Below, piece by piece: positions 1 through 11,599 of a stretch of 64,000 nt of DNA. A program made the translations under genes and the position numbers. Numbering within the stretch: the stretch's first letter is position 1; each line of letters starts with the position of its first letter. The stretch comes from Scyliorhinus canicula (taxonomy: Eukaryota). The stretch covers positions 10,182,243 to 10,246,242 of the forward strand of contig NC_052176.1 of the NCBI RefSeq assembly GCF_902713615.1, given 5' to 3'. The notes below the pieces were generated by a model, which ran no database searches, was not told the origin of the DNA, and worked only from the letters and a program-made list of their open reading frames with translations.

Positions 1-1560
1 CTCCAAAGCAGGATGATGATCAATGTCTGATTCACAATACTTTAGGGAACAAAGCAGAATACAGAAAGTGCCGAGAGAGATGAAAAGGGAAATGAGATCA
101 GCAGACAAAGAGCATGAGAAAAGATTCACAACATAATCAAAAACAGGCAGATGTTTACCAACACATGGAGAATCAATTAGAGGGTGGCTGATGAGGAGAT
201 GCTGTGGAGATAGAGGACATGGCTGAGGTACTAACTGATTACATTGCATCTGTCATCACAAAACAAGTAGATGCTGCTAATGTCACAGTGAAGGAGGAGT
301 TGGTGGAGTATTGGACAGGATGGAAATAGATAAAGAGGAGGCAATGACAAGTTTGGCAGGGCTCACAGTAGAAAATCACCCAATCCAGATGGGATACTCC
401 TGGATTACTGAGGGAAAGAAGGGTGGAAATAGCAGAGATTCCAACCACTATCTTTCAATCCTCCTGGGATATGGGAGTGAAGTCCGAGAACTGCAGTTTG
501 TTGATGTGACATCTGTGTTTAAAATGGAGAGGTATAAACCCTGTAACTAGAGCAGTTAGTCTAATGCTGGTGGGGGGAAACGTTTAGAGAGAATAATCTG
601 GGAGAAAATTAATTGTCACTTGGTGGAACATGGATTGATAAATGAAAACCAGGATAGATTAGTGAACGAAAAATTGAAATACTTAATCATAGAATTTACA
701 GTGCAGAAGGAGGCCATTCAGCCCATCAAGTCTGCACCTGCTCTTGGAAAGATCACCCTACCCAAGGTTCACACCTCCACCCTATCCCCATAACCCAGCA
801 ACCCCACCCAACACTAAGATCAATTTTAGACACTAAGGGCAATTTAGCATGGCCAATCCACCTAACTTGCACATCTTTGGACTGTGGGAGGAAACCGGAG
901 CACCTGGAGCAAACCCAGGCACACACGGGGAGAATGTGCACCCGTGTGTGCCTGGGTCCGCACAGACTCCGCACAGAGAGTGACCCAAGCCGGGAATCGA
1001 ACCTGGGACCCTGGAGCTGTGAAACAATTGTGCTTTCCACAATGCTACCGTGCTGCCCCTAATGAAGTTCAATGATGAAGTTTCAGAGAACATTGAGCCG
1101 GGTGTCAGGTTCATGGTGTCTAGACTTCCAAAGGGGTTTGAAAAAGTCCCACATAATAGACTTGTTAGTAACGTTCCAGCAGATGGGGTTAAAGGGGCAG
1201 TGACTGCACGGATACAAAATTGGAAAAGTGGCAGAAAGGATAAAGTAGTGGTGAGCGGTTGTTTTTCAGAGGGAGGGATTTATACAGAACCAATCAGTTC
1301 AGCCGGCAGTTCTATTCCCATTCCCAGAGCTCTTTCACATTTTAATAACTTCCAGCCCATATCCAGTTTGCTGATGACACTGAGTTAGGGACATGGTTAG
1401 TAGTGAAGGTGGGAGCAGCAAGTTTCAAAGGGTCATTGACAGATTCAGTGAGTGAACAGAACTGTGGCCGATGGTGTACATCACGGGGAAGTGTGAGGTC
1501 ATCCAGCTTGGAGCAAAGACAGATCAGAGAATTTCCCAAACAGGCAGAAACTTGGGACTG
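1..1560 (+). mobile_element. Decayed CR1/HER1 LINE ORF2 fragments, interrupted by a SINE
   Basis: Degenerate CR1 ORF2 motifs: AEVL.DYIASV.T at ~221-260, KSP.PDG at ~373-395, WIQNW..GR...VVV.GCFS-like at ~1209-1268. Many stops and frameshifts. Confidence 0.75.
686..1058 (-). mobile_element. HE1-like tRNA-derived shark SINE
   Basis: The minus strand starts GGGCAGCACGGTAGCA, has a B-box-like GGTTCGATTCCC, the core GGTGGATTGGCCATGCTAAATTGCCC and a CR1-like TTCTATGAT tail. Confidence 0.9.
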
Positions 1561-1627
1561 TGGAGGAGCAGAGAATGAGAGCTGAGTGAGACTGGCGGGT
1601 GGATAGAGAGCAGCAGCAAAGCAGCCG

Positions 1628-3877
1628 CGAGAGAGTGAACGAGAGTGACAGCAGAGTGAGAGCGGCAGTGAAAGAGAGAACGAGAGTGACAGCAGAGTGA
1701 GAGCAGCAGTGAGAGAGAGAACGAGAGTGACAGCAGAGTGAGAGCGGCAGTGAGAGAGAGAACGAGAGTGACAGCAGAGTGAGAGCAGCAGTGAGAGAGA
1801 GAACGAGAGTGACAGCAGAGTGAGAGCGGCAGTGAGAGAGAGAACGAGAGTGACAGCAGAGTGAGAGCGGCAGTGAGAGAGAGAACGAGAGTGACAGCAG
1901 AGTGAGAGCGGCAGTGAGAGAGAGAACGAGAGTGACAGCAGAGTGAGATAGGCAGTGAGAGAGAGAACGAGTGACAGCAGAGGGAGAGCGGCAGTGAGAG
2001 AGAGAACAAGAGTGACAGCAGAGTGAGAGCGGCAGTGGGAGAGAGAACGAGAGTGACAGCAGAGTGAGAGCGGCAGTGAGAGAGAGAACGAGAGTGACAG
2101 CAGAGCGAGAGCGGCAGTGAGAGAGAGAGCGAGAGTGACAGCAGAGTGAGAGCGGCAGTGAGAGAGAGAACGAGAGTGACAGCAGAGTGAGATAGGCAGT
2201 GAGAGAGAGAACGAGAGTGACAGCAGAGTGAGAGCGGCAGTGAGAGAGAGAACGAGAGTGACAGCAGAGTGAGAGCGGCAGTGAGAGAGAGAACGAGAGT
2301 GACAGCAGAGTGAGAGCGGCAGTGAGAGAGAGAACGAGAGCGACAGCAGAGTGAGAGCGGCAGTGAGAGAGAGAACGAGAGTGACAGCAGAGTGAGAGCG
2401 GCAGCGAGAGAGAGAACGAGAGTGACAGCAGAGTGAGAGCGGCAGTGAGAGAGAGAACGAGAGTGACAGCAGAGTGAGAGCGGCAGTGAGAGAGAGAACG
2501 AGAGTGAAAGCAGAGTGAGAGCGGCAGTGAGAGAGAGAACGAGAGTGACAGCAGAGTGAGAGCGGCAGTGAGAGCGGCAGTGAGAGAGAACGAGAGTGAC
2601 AGCAGAGTGAGAGCGGCAGCGAGAGAGAGAACGAGAGTGAGAGCAGAGTGAGAGCGGCAGCAAGAGAGAGAACGAGAGTGACAGCAGAGTGAGAGCGGCA
2701 GTGAGAGAGAGAACGAGAGTGACAGCAGAGTGAGAGTGGCAGTGAGAGAGAGAACGGAGAGTGACAGCAGAGTGGAGAGTGGCAGTGAGGGAGTAGAAAC
2801 GCGAGTGACAGCAGAGTGAGAAGCGGCAGTGAGAGAGGAGAAACGAGAGTGACAGCAGAGTGACAGCGTGCCAGTGAGAGAGAGAACGTAGAGTGAAAGC
2901 AGAGTGAGAGCGCAGTAGAGAGAACGAGAGTGACAGCAGAGTGAGAGCGGCAGAGTGGAGGTGGCAGTGAGAGAGAGACGAGAGTGACAGCAGAGTGAGG
3001 AGCGGCAGTGAGAGAGCGAACGGAGTGACAGCATAGTGAGAGCGGCAGTGAGAGAGAGTGAAGCGAGAGTGACAGCAGAGTGAGAGTGGCAGGTTTGGGA
3101 GAGAGAGAGCGAGAGTAACAGCAGAAGTGAGAGTGCAGTGTGGGTGGAGAGAGAATTCGAGAGTGACAGCAGAGTGAGAGCGGCAGTGAGAGAGAGAACG
3201 AGAGTGACAGCAGAGTGAGAGCGGCAGTGAGAGAGAGAACGAGAGTGACAGCAGAGTGAGAGCGGCAGTGAGAGAGAGAACGAGAGTGACAGCAGAGTGA
3301 GAGCGGCAGTGAGAGAGAGAACGAGAGTGAGAGCAGAGTGAGAGCGGCAGCAAGAGAGAGAACGAGAGTGACAGCAGAGTGAGAGTGGCAGTGGGAGAGA
3401 GAACGAGAGTGACAGCAGAGTGAGAGTGGCAGTGGGAGAGAGAACGAGAGTGACAGCAGAGTGAGAGTGGCAGTGAGAGAGAGAACGAGAGTGACAGCAG
3501 AGTGAGCGGCAGTGAGAGAGAGAACGAGAGTGACAGCAGAGTGAGAGTGGCAGTGAGAGAGAGAACGAGAGTGACAGCAGAGTGAGCGGCAGTGAGAGAG
3601 AGAACGAGAGTGACAGCAGAGTGAGAGTGGCAGTGGGAGAGAGAACGAGAGTGACAGCAGAGTGAGAGCGCCAGTGAGAGAGAGAACGAGAGTGACAACA
3701 GAGTGACAGCGGTGGTGAGAGAGAGAACGAGAGTGACAGCAGAGTGAGAGCGGCAGCGAGAGAGAGAACGAGAGTGACAGCAGAGTGACAGCGGCGGTGA
3801 GAGAGAGAATGAGAGTGAGAGCAGAGTGAGAGCGGCAGTGAGAGAGAGAACGAGAGTGACAGCACAGTAGGAGCGGC
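1628..3877 (+). repeat. 41-bp tandem satellite (~55 copies), GAGAGAGAGAACGAGAGTGACAGCAGAGTGAGAGCGGCAGT
   Basis: Unit read directly. Purine-rich; the central part (~2750-3160) is indel-rich. Confidence 0.95.
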
Positions 3878-4076
3878 AGGGGAATAAAGAGCAGTGGGAG
3901 AGGGGTTGAAGCAAACCGGCCATGTTTAAAATAAATACTCAATGTATGATATCACAGGAAAGTGTCAGTGTAATCAGAGCATTAGTGTAGAACAGGTCTA
4001 CAGGCATTAAATACATTGAATAGTTATAACAAGGTACTAATTAGATTCTAAAAGAGGGAATAGGTTTTTTTAGACC

Positions 4077-5050
4077 ATGGTTGGTCAGCTGATCCCTGCT
4101 GCTTGCAGTTCCTGTCCCATGTGGGAACCTCTCGACCACTTCAGATTTCTTGGGGATCAAATGTGTAGGAAGTGTCTCCAGCTGCTGGAGGTCAAGTTTA
4201 GAATTTCCGAACTTCAGGGGCAGCTGGAGCCACTGCGGAGCATCCGGGAGGATCAGACATTCCTGGATCCTATGTCACAGGAGGTGAAGATCCCAAAGAC
4301 AAATAGAGAATACCCTGAAGGAACTATGGAGCGAGTTAAAACGCAGAGCCTTGAGAGGGTTACTCTCTGGATTACTGTCAGTGCCACGTGCTAAAGAGAG
4401 TAGAAATGTGGAGAACAGGAACATCAATACATGGCTTGAGCCTGCACGGGGGGAGGGATTCAGATTAATGGGACATTGGAACCAGTTATGGGCCAGGAAG
4501 CAGCTATTCACTGTCTATCTGCCTGATCGGGAGGGTCACTTGTGTGGGTCAGGAGGGTTTGAGCTAAACTGGTAGGAGGATGAGTACCAGTGCGGAGAAG
4601 TAGAAAAGAAGAATAAGTGGAGAAGAAAGTAGAACCGTATTAGACAGGAGTCGATGAAGAAGGAATCTGAAAGGAATACAAGGACAGGTTTAGAATGTGT
4701 GTGTGTAATCACACAAAGTGTGGGAAATAAGATTGGTGAGCGAGAAGCATAAATTTCTAGGTGAGAATATGATGTAGTGGCAATGATGAAATTGTGGTTT
4801 AAAATGGTGAGGATTGGGTGTTTAATGTTCAAGGATACAAAAAGTTCAGAAAAGATAGTGAAGACATAAAGGAAGGTGTGATGAGAGAGCGATAGAGGAA
4901 TAAATCTGTAGGGAAATCACAGAGATGTTTAAGAACAAGAGATCAGGGATTTCTGAAATGTGTTCAGAAGAATTTGGTTGACCGAAATGTTCTCGGTCGA
5001 GCTCGGAAGGAGGCATTGCTGGATCTGGTGCTGGGGAATGAGGTGGGCCA
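4077..5050 (+). mobile_element. CR1 LINE remnant: ORF1 (Cys zinc-finger + esterase) and start of ORF2 endonuclease
   Basis: CSSCPMWE...CRKCLQLLEVKFRISEL; LLSVPRA...NTWL...EGFRLMGHWNQLW; CVCV...SVGNKIGE at ~4696-4740. Confidence 0.8.
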
Positions 5051-5054
5051 ATTC

Positions 5055-5670
5055 TGTACCTGTCAGTCTCTATTAGTGCAAGTGTGGAATTAACTCTGTC
5101 TCAATCTCGGTTACTGTGTGTGAGTGCACAATAACTCTTTCAGTCTCTGTGCCTGTGTTTCAGAGCAGAATCATTGCTCTGTCCAATTTGTTAGTGCGTG
5201 TGAGAGTGGAATTAACTGTAAGGCTTTGATACTGCATATGAGTGAAGCACTAACTCAATCTGGGTCTCTGCTGGTGTAATGAAAAGTAGAATTCAATCTC
5301 TGACAATGTGTTATTTTATGTGAGTCTGACATTAACCCTCTAATCATTTATTACTTTATCTTCTATCCGCTATTTTCATTACTGTATTTCGGTGCAGCAT
5401 TAACACTGTGTCAAACTCTGTTACTGTGTGTGAGTGAAATTCACTCCCTACCAGTCAATCTATAATATTGTGTGTAATTAACTCGCTGTCTGTCAGTCTC
5501 TGTTACTGTCTGTGTGTGGAATTCACTCTCTCTCTGTCAATCTGTAATAAAGTGTGTAATTAACTCGCTGTCTGTCAGTCTCTGTTTCTGTCTGTGTGTG
5601 GAATTCACTCTCTATCTGTCAATCTGTAATAAAGTGTGTAATTAACTCGCTGTCTGTCAGTCTCTGTTCC
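5055..5670 (+). repeat. Degenerate AT-rich tandem repeat with 82-bp period; also recurs patchily 6975-9900
   Basis: TGTGTAATTAACTCGCTGTCTGTCAGTCTCTGTT recurs at 5471, 5553 and 5635. Confidence 0.8.
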
Positions 5671-6530
5671 TGTCAGGAAGTGGGTCACTGTCAGGGTCAC
5701 TGCCACAGGGATCAGTGCTGAATTCTCAGTTAATTACAATCAATATTAATGACTCAACTGAAGGGACCGACTATCCCCAAAATTTCAGACAATTCACAGA
5801 TTAATGGGAAAGTAGGTTGTGAGGAGGACAAGGAGTCTGCAAGGGGATATCGATAGGTTACTGAGTGGGCATTAATGTGGCAGATGGGATAAAATGTGGG
5901 AAATGTGAGGTCATCCAAGTTGTTGGGAAAAATAGGGAAAGATAATTTTAATTACATGGAGAGAGGTGGCAGAATGTTGCAATACAGAGGAACCTGGCTG
6001 TCCTTGTACATGAATCACAACACGTTAATGTGCAGGACCAGGAAGTAATTAGGAAGAAAAATGGAATCTTGGCCTTTGTTCCAGGGAATTTAGGTATACA
6101 AATAGGGAGGTCTTGCTGAATCCACAGGGAATGACTGAGATTACAGCAAGTACCCTGTGTAACATTTTGTCTCTTTAGTTTAGGAGGGATGAGGTATTGT
6201 CTTTTGCGGAAAGTTGAAGCAAACTCAGCTGATCCTCATTGGAGTTGTGAAGAACGAGAGCTGATCTTATTGAAATGTAAGATTCTGACGGCGTTTGACG
6301 GGGTAGATGTTGAGAGGAATGTTTCCATTTGTGGGGAAACAGAACTAGAGACAGTTTAAAAATAAAGCGTCTCCCATTTAAGATGCCGATCATTGTGTCA
6401 CAGAATTGCTACGACACAGGAGGAGGCCATTTGGCCCATCATGTCTGCACCAGCGGAAATCTCACTGAAACTGATCCAATTCAGCTGACAGCTTGGGGTT
6501 TGTCATTTGAAAGGTTTAAGAGGAATAAAC

Positions 6531-6602
6531 TGCGATGGCCGGGAATTGAAGCCAGGTCAACTGCTTGGAAGGCAGCAATGCTCACCGCTGTCCCATAAAT
6601 TG
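6531..6602 (-). pseudogene. tRNA-Gly(TCC) pseudogene
   Basis: Matches vertebrate Gly-TCC (GCTGCCTTCCAAGCAGTTGACC anticodon arm intact); D arm, acceptor and B box mutated. Confidence 0.85.
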
Positions 6603-6671
6603 TACATAATACATTTTTAGAGAATTCGCTGAAGGCCATTCAGCCCCTTGAACCTGCCCCACAAATAATTA

Positions 6672-6741
6672 TATCCAATGTGGGGATTGAACCCATGATT
6701 GTGAGAAGGGTCTGAAGCTCTACTAACTGAGCTAGCTGAGG
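6672..6741 (-). pseudogene. Degenerate tRNA-Lys(CTT)-like pseudogene
   Basis: The minus strand reads GCTAGCTCAGTTAGTAGAGC...GGGTTCAATCCCCACATTGG; anticodon arm corrupted. Confidence 0.7.
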
Positions 6742-7861
6742 GAAAGAGAAATTCATTTTCTGAAAGTGTCCTTAATCATTGTAATTCCCTCCCCACGAGA
6801 TTCTAGCCTGGGTTGGACAGAGTTTTGATCTACAAGTGAGTCAAAGGTTATGGGCCGAGGTAGGAAAGAGCAGTTGAGGCAATAATCAGACCAGCAATGA
6901 GCTTATTGAATGGCGGAGCAGAGCTAATGGGCTGAATGGCCTTCCCCTGCTCCTAGTCCTTATGTTCTGATTTCCGTCAGTGTGGAGCTGGCTCTCTGTC
7001 TGTCAGTCTGTGTTACTGTGTTTCAGTGTGGAATTAACTGGGTGGATACGTGGGTTTGAGTAGGGTGATCATGGCTCGGCACAACATCGAGGGCAGAAGG
7101 GCCTGTTCTGTGCTGTACTGTTCTATGTTCTATGTGTGTAGAGTAGATTCTCTGTCCATCACTTTTGTATGTGAGTGTGCAATGTCTCTGTTACTGTACA
7201 GGAAACAGTTAATCACCTTTTAGCAGAAATATTTGGGCCCTATTGGACTCAACTGTGCTCATGGTTAAACCCATCAGCTTTTCCTCCATCTACACTCCAG
7301 TTCAAAGTCAGACAACAAGAACATACCTCCAAAGAAAGTGAGGGACCGACTTCCACATCCAACATCCACCCTGATTCAAAAGTGTTCTTCATTTGCCTCT
7401 TTCTGTTCAGGTTCTCAGCAACACCTTCAATAATTCACAGGACAATCATGTGGACTCTGGAAATCTGAAACAAGGTGAACATTCTGGAGCAACACAACCG
7501 GTCAGGCAGCGTCTGTGGAGAGAGAAACAGAGTTCATGCTTCAGCTCAATGAGGATCAGCCTGGAATAAAACTCTTCCTGATATCTGCTAATGGTGGCCG
7601 CAGTTCCTCCAATTCTGTGCCCCCAGAAAGCGCTTTATCCAATACGCTGAGTTGCGCAGGCACTGAGAGTGGGAATGTTCCCCATGGCAGCCCCACGTGG
7701 GGAAATCTGTGTATGAACTTTCCCCACTGCCATTTGTGAGCATGGGATTTACTCTCTATCTATCAATATATAATAATGTCTGTAACTAACTCTGCCTGGC
7801 AGTCTCTGTTCTTAAATGTCTGTGTGGAATTTGCTCGATCGGCCAATCTATAATAATCTAG

Positions 7862-8581
7862 CCATGATGTGGAGATGCCGGCGTTGGACTGGGTTGGCAC
7901 AGTAAGAAGTCTTACAACACCAGGTTAAAGTCCAACAGGTTTGTTTGGAATCACTAGCTTTCGGAGCGCTGCTCAGAGCACTCACCTCAGCAGGGACCAG
8001 CTGCTCAGAGCACTCACCTGAGCAGGGACCAGCTGCTCAGAGCACTCACCTGAGCAGGGAACCAGCTGCTCAGAGCACTCACCTGAGCAGGTACCAGCTG
8101 CCCCGAGCACTCACCTGAGCAGGGACCAGCTGCTCAGAGCACTCACCTGAGCAGGGACCAGCTGCTCAGAGCACTCACCTGAGTAGGGACCAGCTGCCCC
8201 GAGCACTAACCTGAGCAGGGACCAGCTGCTCAGAGCACTCACCTGAGCAGGGACCAGCTGCACAGAGCACTCACCTCAGCAGGGACCAGCTGCTCAGAGC
8301 ACTCACCTCAGCAGGGACCAGCTGCTCAGAGACCTCACCTGAGCAGGGACCAGCTGCTCAGAGCACTCACCTGAGCAGGGACCAGCTGCTCAGAGCACTC
8401 ACCTGAGCAGGGAACAGCTGCCCGGAGCACTCACCTGAGCAGGGACCAGCTGCTCAGAGCACTCACCTGAGCAGGGACCAGCTGCTCAGAGCACTCACCT
8501 GAGAAGGTATTTGCTGCTCCAAAAGCTAGTGATTTGAAACAAACCTGTTGAACTTTAACCTGGTGTTGAAAGACTTCTTAC
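7862..8581. mobile_element. Non-autonomous Penelope-derived inverted-repeat element with internal tandem array
   Basis: Inverted arms 7902-7967 and 8516-8581 match the 3' terminal repeat of the Penelope ending at 57600. Confidence 0.85.
7976..8503 (+). repeat. 32-bp tandem repeat (~16 copies), GAGCACTCACCTGAGCAGGGACCAGCTGCTCA
   Basis: Unit read directly; contains the hairpin TGAGCAG-ggaccag-CTGCTCA. Confidence 0.95.
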
Positions 8582-8710
8582 GATAATAATGTATGTAACT
8601 AACTCACTGTCTGTCAGTCTCTATTGCTGTATGTGAGTGTAGAATTCAGTCATTATCTCTTAATCTATAATAATATGGTTAACTAACTGTCAGTCTTGGC
8701 TACTGTATGT

Positions 8711-9000
8711 GAACAAGAACAAAGAAAATTACAGCACAGGAACAGGCCCTTCGGCCCTCCCAGCCTGTGCCGATCCAGATCCTTTATCTAAACCTGTCTC
8801 CTATTTTCCAAGGTCTACTTCCCTCTGTTGCCGCCCATTCATATACCTGTCGAGATGACTCTTAAATGATGTTATCGTGTCTGCTTCTACCACCTCCGCT
8901 GGTAAAGCGTTCCAGGCACCCACCACCCTCTGCGTAAAAAACGTTCCACGCACATCTCCCTTAAACTTTCCCCCTCTCACCTTGAAATCGTGACCCCTTG
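8711..9000 (-). mobile_element. CR1 3' end (ORF2 C-terminus + 3' UTR)
   Basis: RGHDFKVRGGKFKGDVRGTFFTQRVVGAWNALP; terminal TTCTTTGTTCTTGTTC repeat. Confidence 0.9.
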
Positions 9001-9037
9001 CGGGCATGAAATTCACTCTCAGTTGTCAATTTATAAT

Positions 9038-9363
9038 AATCATAGAATCCTTCCAATGGAGAATAAAGCCATTTGGCCCATCAAGTCATTACCAATCACC
9101 CGAAAGAGCACTCTTCCTTGGCCCATTCCTTCCCTACCCCATAACTCCACATAACCTGCACATCCCTGGATATTGTGGGGCAATTTAGCATGGCCAATCC
9201 ACCTATCTTTGGACTGTGGCAGGAAACCGGTGCACCCAGAGGAAATCCATGCAGACAAGGGGAAATTGTGCAAACTCCACACAGGCAGTCACCCAAGATC
9301 GGAATCAAAACTGTGTCCTTGACGCTGTGAAGCGCTGTGCTAACCACTGTGCCACCATGCTGC
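9038..9363 (-). mobile_element. HE1-like SINE
   Basis: Core GGCAATTTAGCATGGCCAATCCACCTA; head and tail as in the other copies. Confidence 0.85.
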
Positions 9364-9868
9364 AAACAGTATGTGTAATTAATTCACTGTCGAACGATCT
9401 CTGTTATAGTACATGATTGTGTAATTCACTCTTTGTTTATGAATCATTAATTTGTGTGAAATTTACTATCTGTCCATCAATCTCTGTTACTGCACAGGAG
9501 TGTAGAATTTAGTCTCTATCTGTCAATTTATAAAAATTTGTGTAATTAACTCTCTGTCTGTTTCTGTTCCTGTATGTGTGTGGAATTCACTCTCTATTTG
9601 TCAATCTATAATAATGTGCGTAATGAACTCTCTGTCCATCAGTCCCTGTTAATGTATGTGAGTGGAATTCAGTCTCCATCTGTGAATATGTAATAATGTT
9701 TGTTATTACCACTCAGTATGTCAGTCTCTGCTCCTGTCTGAAGGTGGAATTCTGTCGATCTGTAATCATGTGTTACAATTCAATCACTGTCATAATCAGT
9801 GTGGAAGTTAGTCACTGTTAATCATCAACAATGTATGGAATTAATTTTCTGTTACTGCATGTATCTGG

Positions 9869-10298
9869 AGTAGATTCTCTGTCCATCATTTATTGTATGT
9901 GAGTGTGCAATGTCTCTGTCACTGTACAGGGAACAGTTAATTTTGTTTTATCAGAAATGTTTGGGCCCTATTGGTCTCAAATGTACCCAGGGTTAAACCA
10001 CCAGCTTCTCCTCCATCGACACTCCAGTTCAAAGTCAGACAACAAGAACATACCTCCAAAGAAAGTGAGGGACCGACTTCCACATCCAACATCCACCCTG
10101 ATTCAAAAGGGTTCTTCATTCGTCTCTTTCTGTTCTCAGTTTCTTATCCACACCTTCAATAATTCACAGTAAAATCATGTGCACACTGGAAATCTGAAAC
10201 AAGGTGATCACTCTGGAACTACACAACTGTTCAGGCAGCGTCTGTGGAGAGAGAAACAGAGTTGATGTTTCAGCTCACTGAGGAACAGCCTGGAATAA
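9869..10298 (+). repeat. Direct duplicate (~430 bp) of 7141-7570
   Basis: Shared block AGTTCAAAGTCAGACAACAAGAACATACCTCCAAAGAAAGTGAGGGACCGACTTCCACATCC and flanks. Confidence 0.9.
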
Positions 10299-10724
10299 AA
10301 GCAGAAACCATTGGACGTTTGAAATCTGAAATAAGCAGAGAAAAGGCTGGAAAAGAAACCTGAGTAGATTGAGCAGCCTGTGTGTGGAAAGATAAAGAGA
10401 GTTAGTGTTTCAGCTCTGTGAGCTCTGATCTGAAGTGAGAAAAGTTTCAGATGTAATAGGTTTGAAAGAAGGGCCGAGTGGGCCAAGGACAAAAGGAAGG
10501 TGTGTGATGGTGTGGAAGAGAGGAGAGAGTGAGTGAGAGAAAAGTGAGTTATCCAGGGCCAAAGGGAATGGAGATGGAGAAGAACAGAAAGAAAAGCTGA
10601 GTCTGGAGCAGGTGAGCTGCGAATTGAAATCAATGCAATGAAAGAAAAGGAAAGAAAGTGGAGGAGAGTTTGCGCTGTGAAATGGTTCAGCTCAATGTTT
10701 CTCTCAGTCGCCTTCAGTCTGCAA

Positions 10725-10970
10725 TAAGCATCCGCTTCATGGAGCCTCTGCCCCGGCTCCCTCGCCGCACATCCGCCGGAACCGGCAGCTCTGACCCGGC
10801 CTCTGAGACTCAGTGCTACTGCGGCTGCGCACGGCCCTGCTCAGCTTCCAGGAGCCGCACCGCGCATGCTCCGCCCATACTGGCGGGTTTCCGGGGCGGG
10901 GCTCTACCTTGCGCCTGCGCAGTGCGAACAATCTGAATGAAATAGCCCTGATTCTACCCCGCGCGGCATT
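10725..10970. promoter_or_regulatory. CpG-rich housekeeping-type promoter
   Basis: High CpG density. NRF1-like GCGCATGC (10862) and TGCGCCTGCGCA (10910), GC box GGGGCGGGGC (10893), ETS-like TTCCGG. Confidence 0.6.
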
Positions 10971-11599
10971 CTGGGTCATTCTGTTCACCATTTTAGGGAA
11001 TAGTGTCGCAGGTGGGGTTATGTTTCAACTTGTCATATCTGTCCTAACTATTTCGTCCCGAATCAATGAAACTCCTGTTCCTGACCTGAACCTCACGAAC
11101 CTCATGAAAATATCTTCCTTTCTGTATTTGTTGAATTATTTTGAAATTTATTATCATAATAATAATTAGTAATAACAATAAATATTACTAAGAAATTAAT
11201 AATTAATAAATTTACAATCGATGTTAATAATAAAATATAATAATAATATTAGTCTGAGTCTGAACTATTTCAAACTGCATTTTCAGGATCACAACAACTC
11301 GCTGTCTATGTAAAGAATAAATGTTTCCTCATAGCATTTATTTTTAGCCAATCATGATAAATCTATCTCCTCATGTCGTCACAGGAACAGTTTATGCCCA
11401 TTTAATATTTTTAAACTGTTCATGGTTTTCACCTCGATCAAACCTCCTCTTAACCTTAGTGCAAATGCGGAATACCAGGAATGCTTGAACAATGAATTAA
11501 AATTCCAAAAACTCTGAGTACACAACAAGCCAGCACCTGTGAACACATACAGAGTTAATGTTTTATGATTCAGCTCAAAGTCTGCCAAGCGTTATTTGT

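Larger units (their letters stand above)
5690..6970 (+). mobile_element. CR1 ORF2 3' part and 3' UTR, interrupted at ~6385-6740
   Basis: G.PQGSVL-like at ~5700, CEVIQ, DLIEM remnants; 3' tail GAATGGCCTTCCCCTGCTCCTAGTCCTTATGTTCT. Confidence 0.75.

Noticed and set aside
2750-3160. Apparently diverged core of the 41-bp satellite (also 31030-31730, 32340-32800)
   Set aside because: Dominated by single-base indels typical of unpolished long-read error; cannot be called biological.
1342-3942. Three long minus-strand ORFs (788-866 aa)
   Set aside because: Translations of a stop-free 41-bp satellite in all three frames; low-complexity artefact.
5055-5670. Common origin of the 82-bp repeat and the 41-bp satellite
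   Set aside because: The periods are suggestive (2x41), but the similarity is low-complexity and on opposite strands.
7976-8503. CRISPR-like array (palindromic ~32-bp repeats)
   Set aside because: Head-to-tail units with no unique spacers, no cas genes, vertebrate context.
7175-10172. Duplicated small ORFs LQFKVRQQEHTSKESEGPTS
   Set aside because: The frames differ between the two copies and there is no recognisable domain; treated as non-coding duplication.
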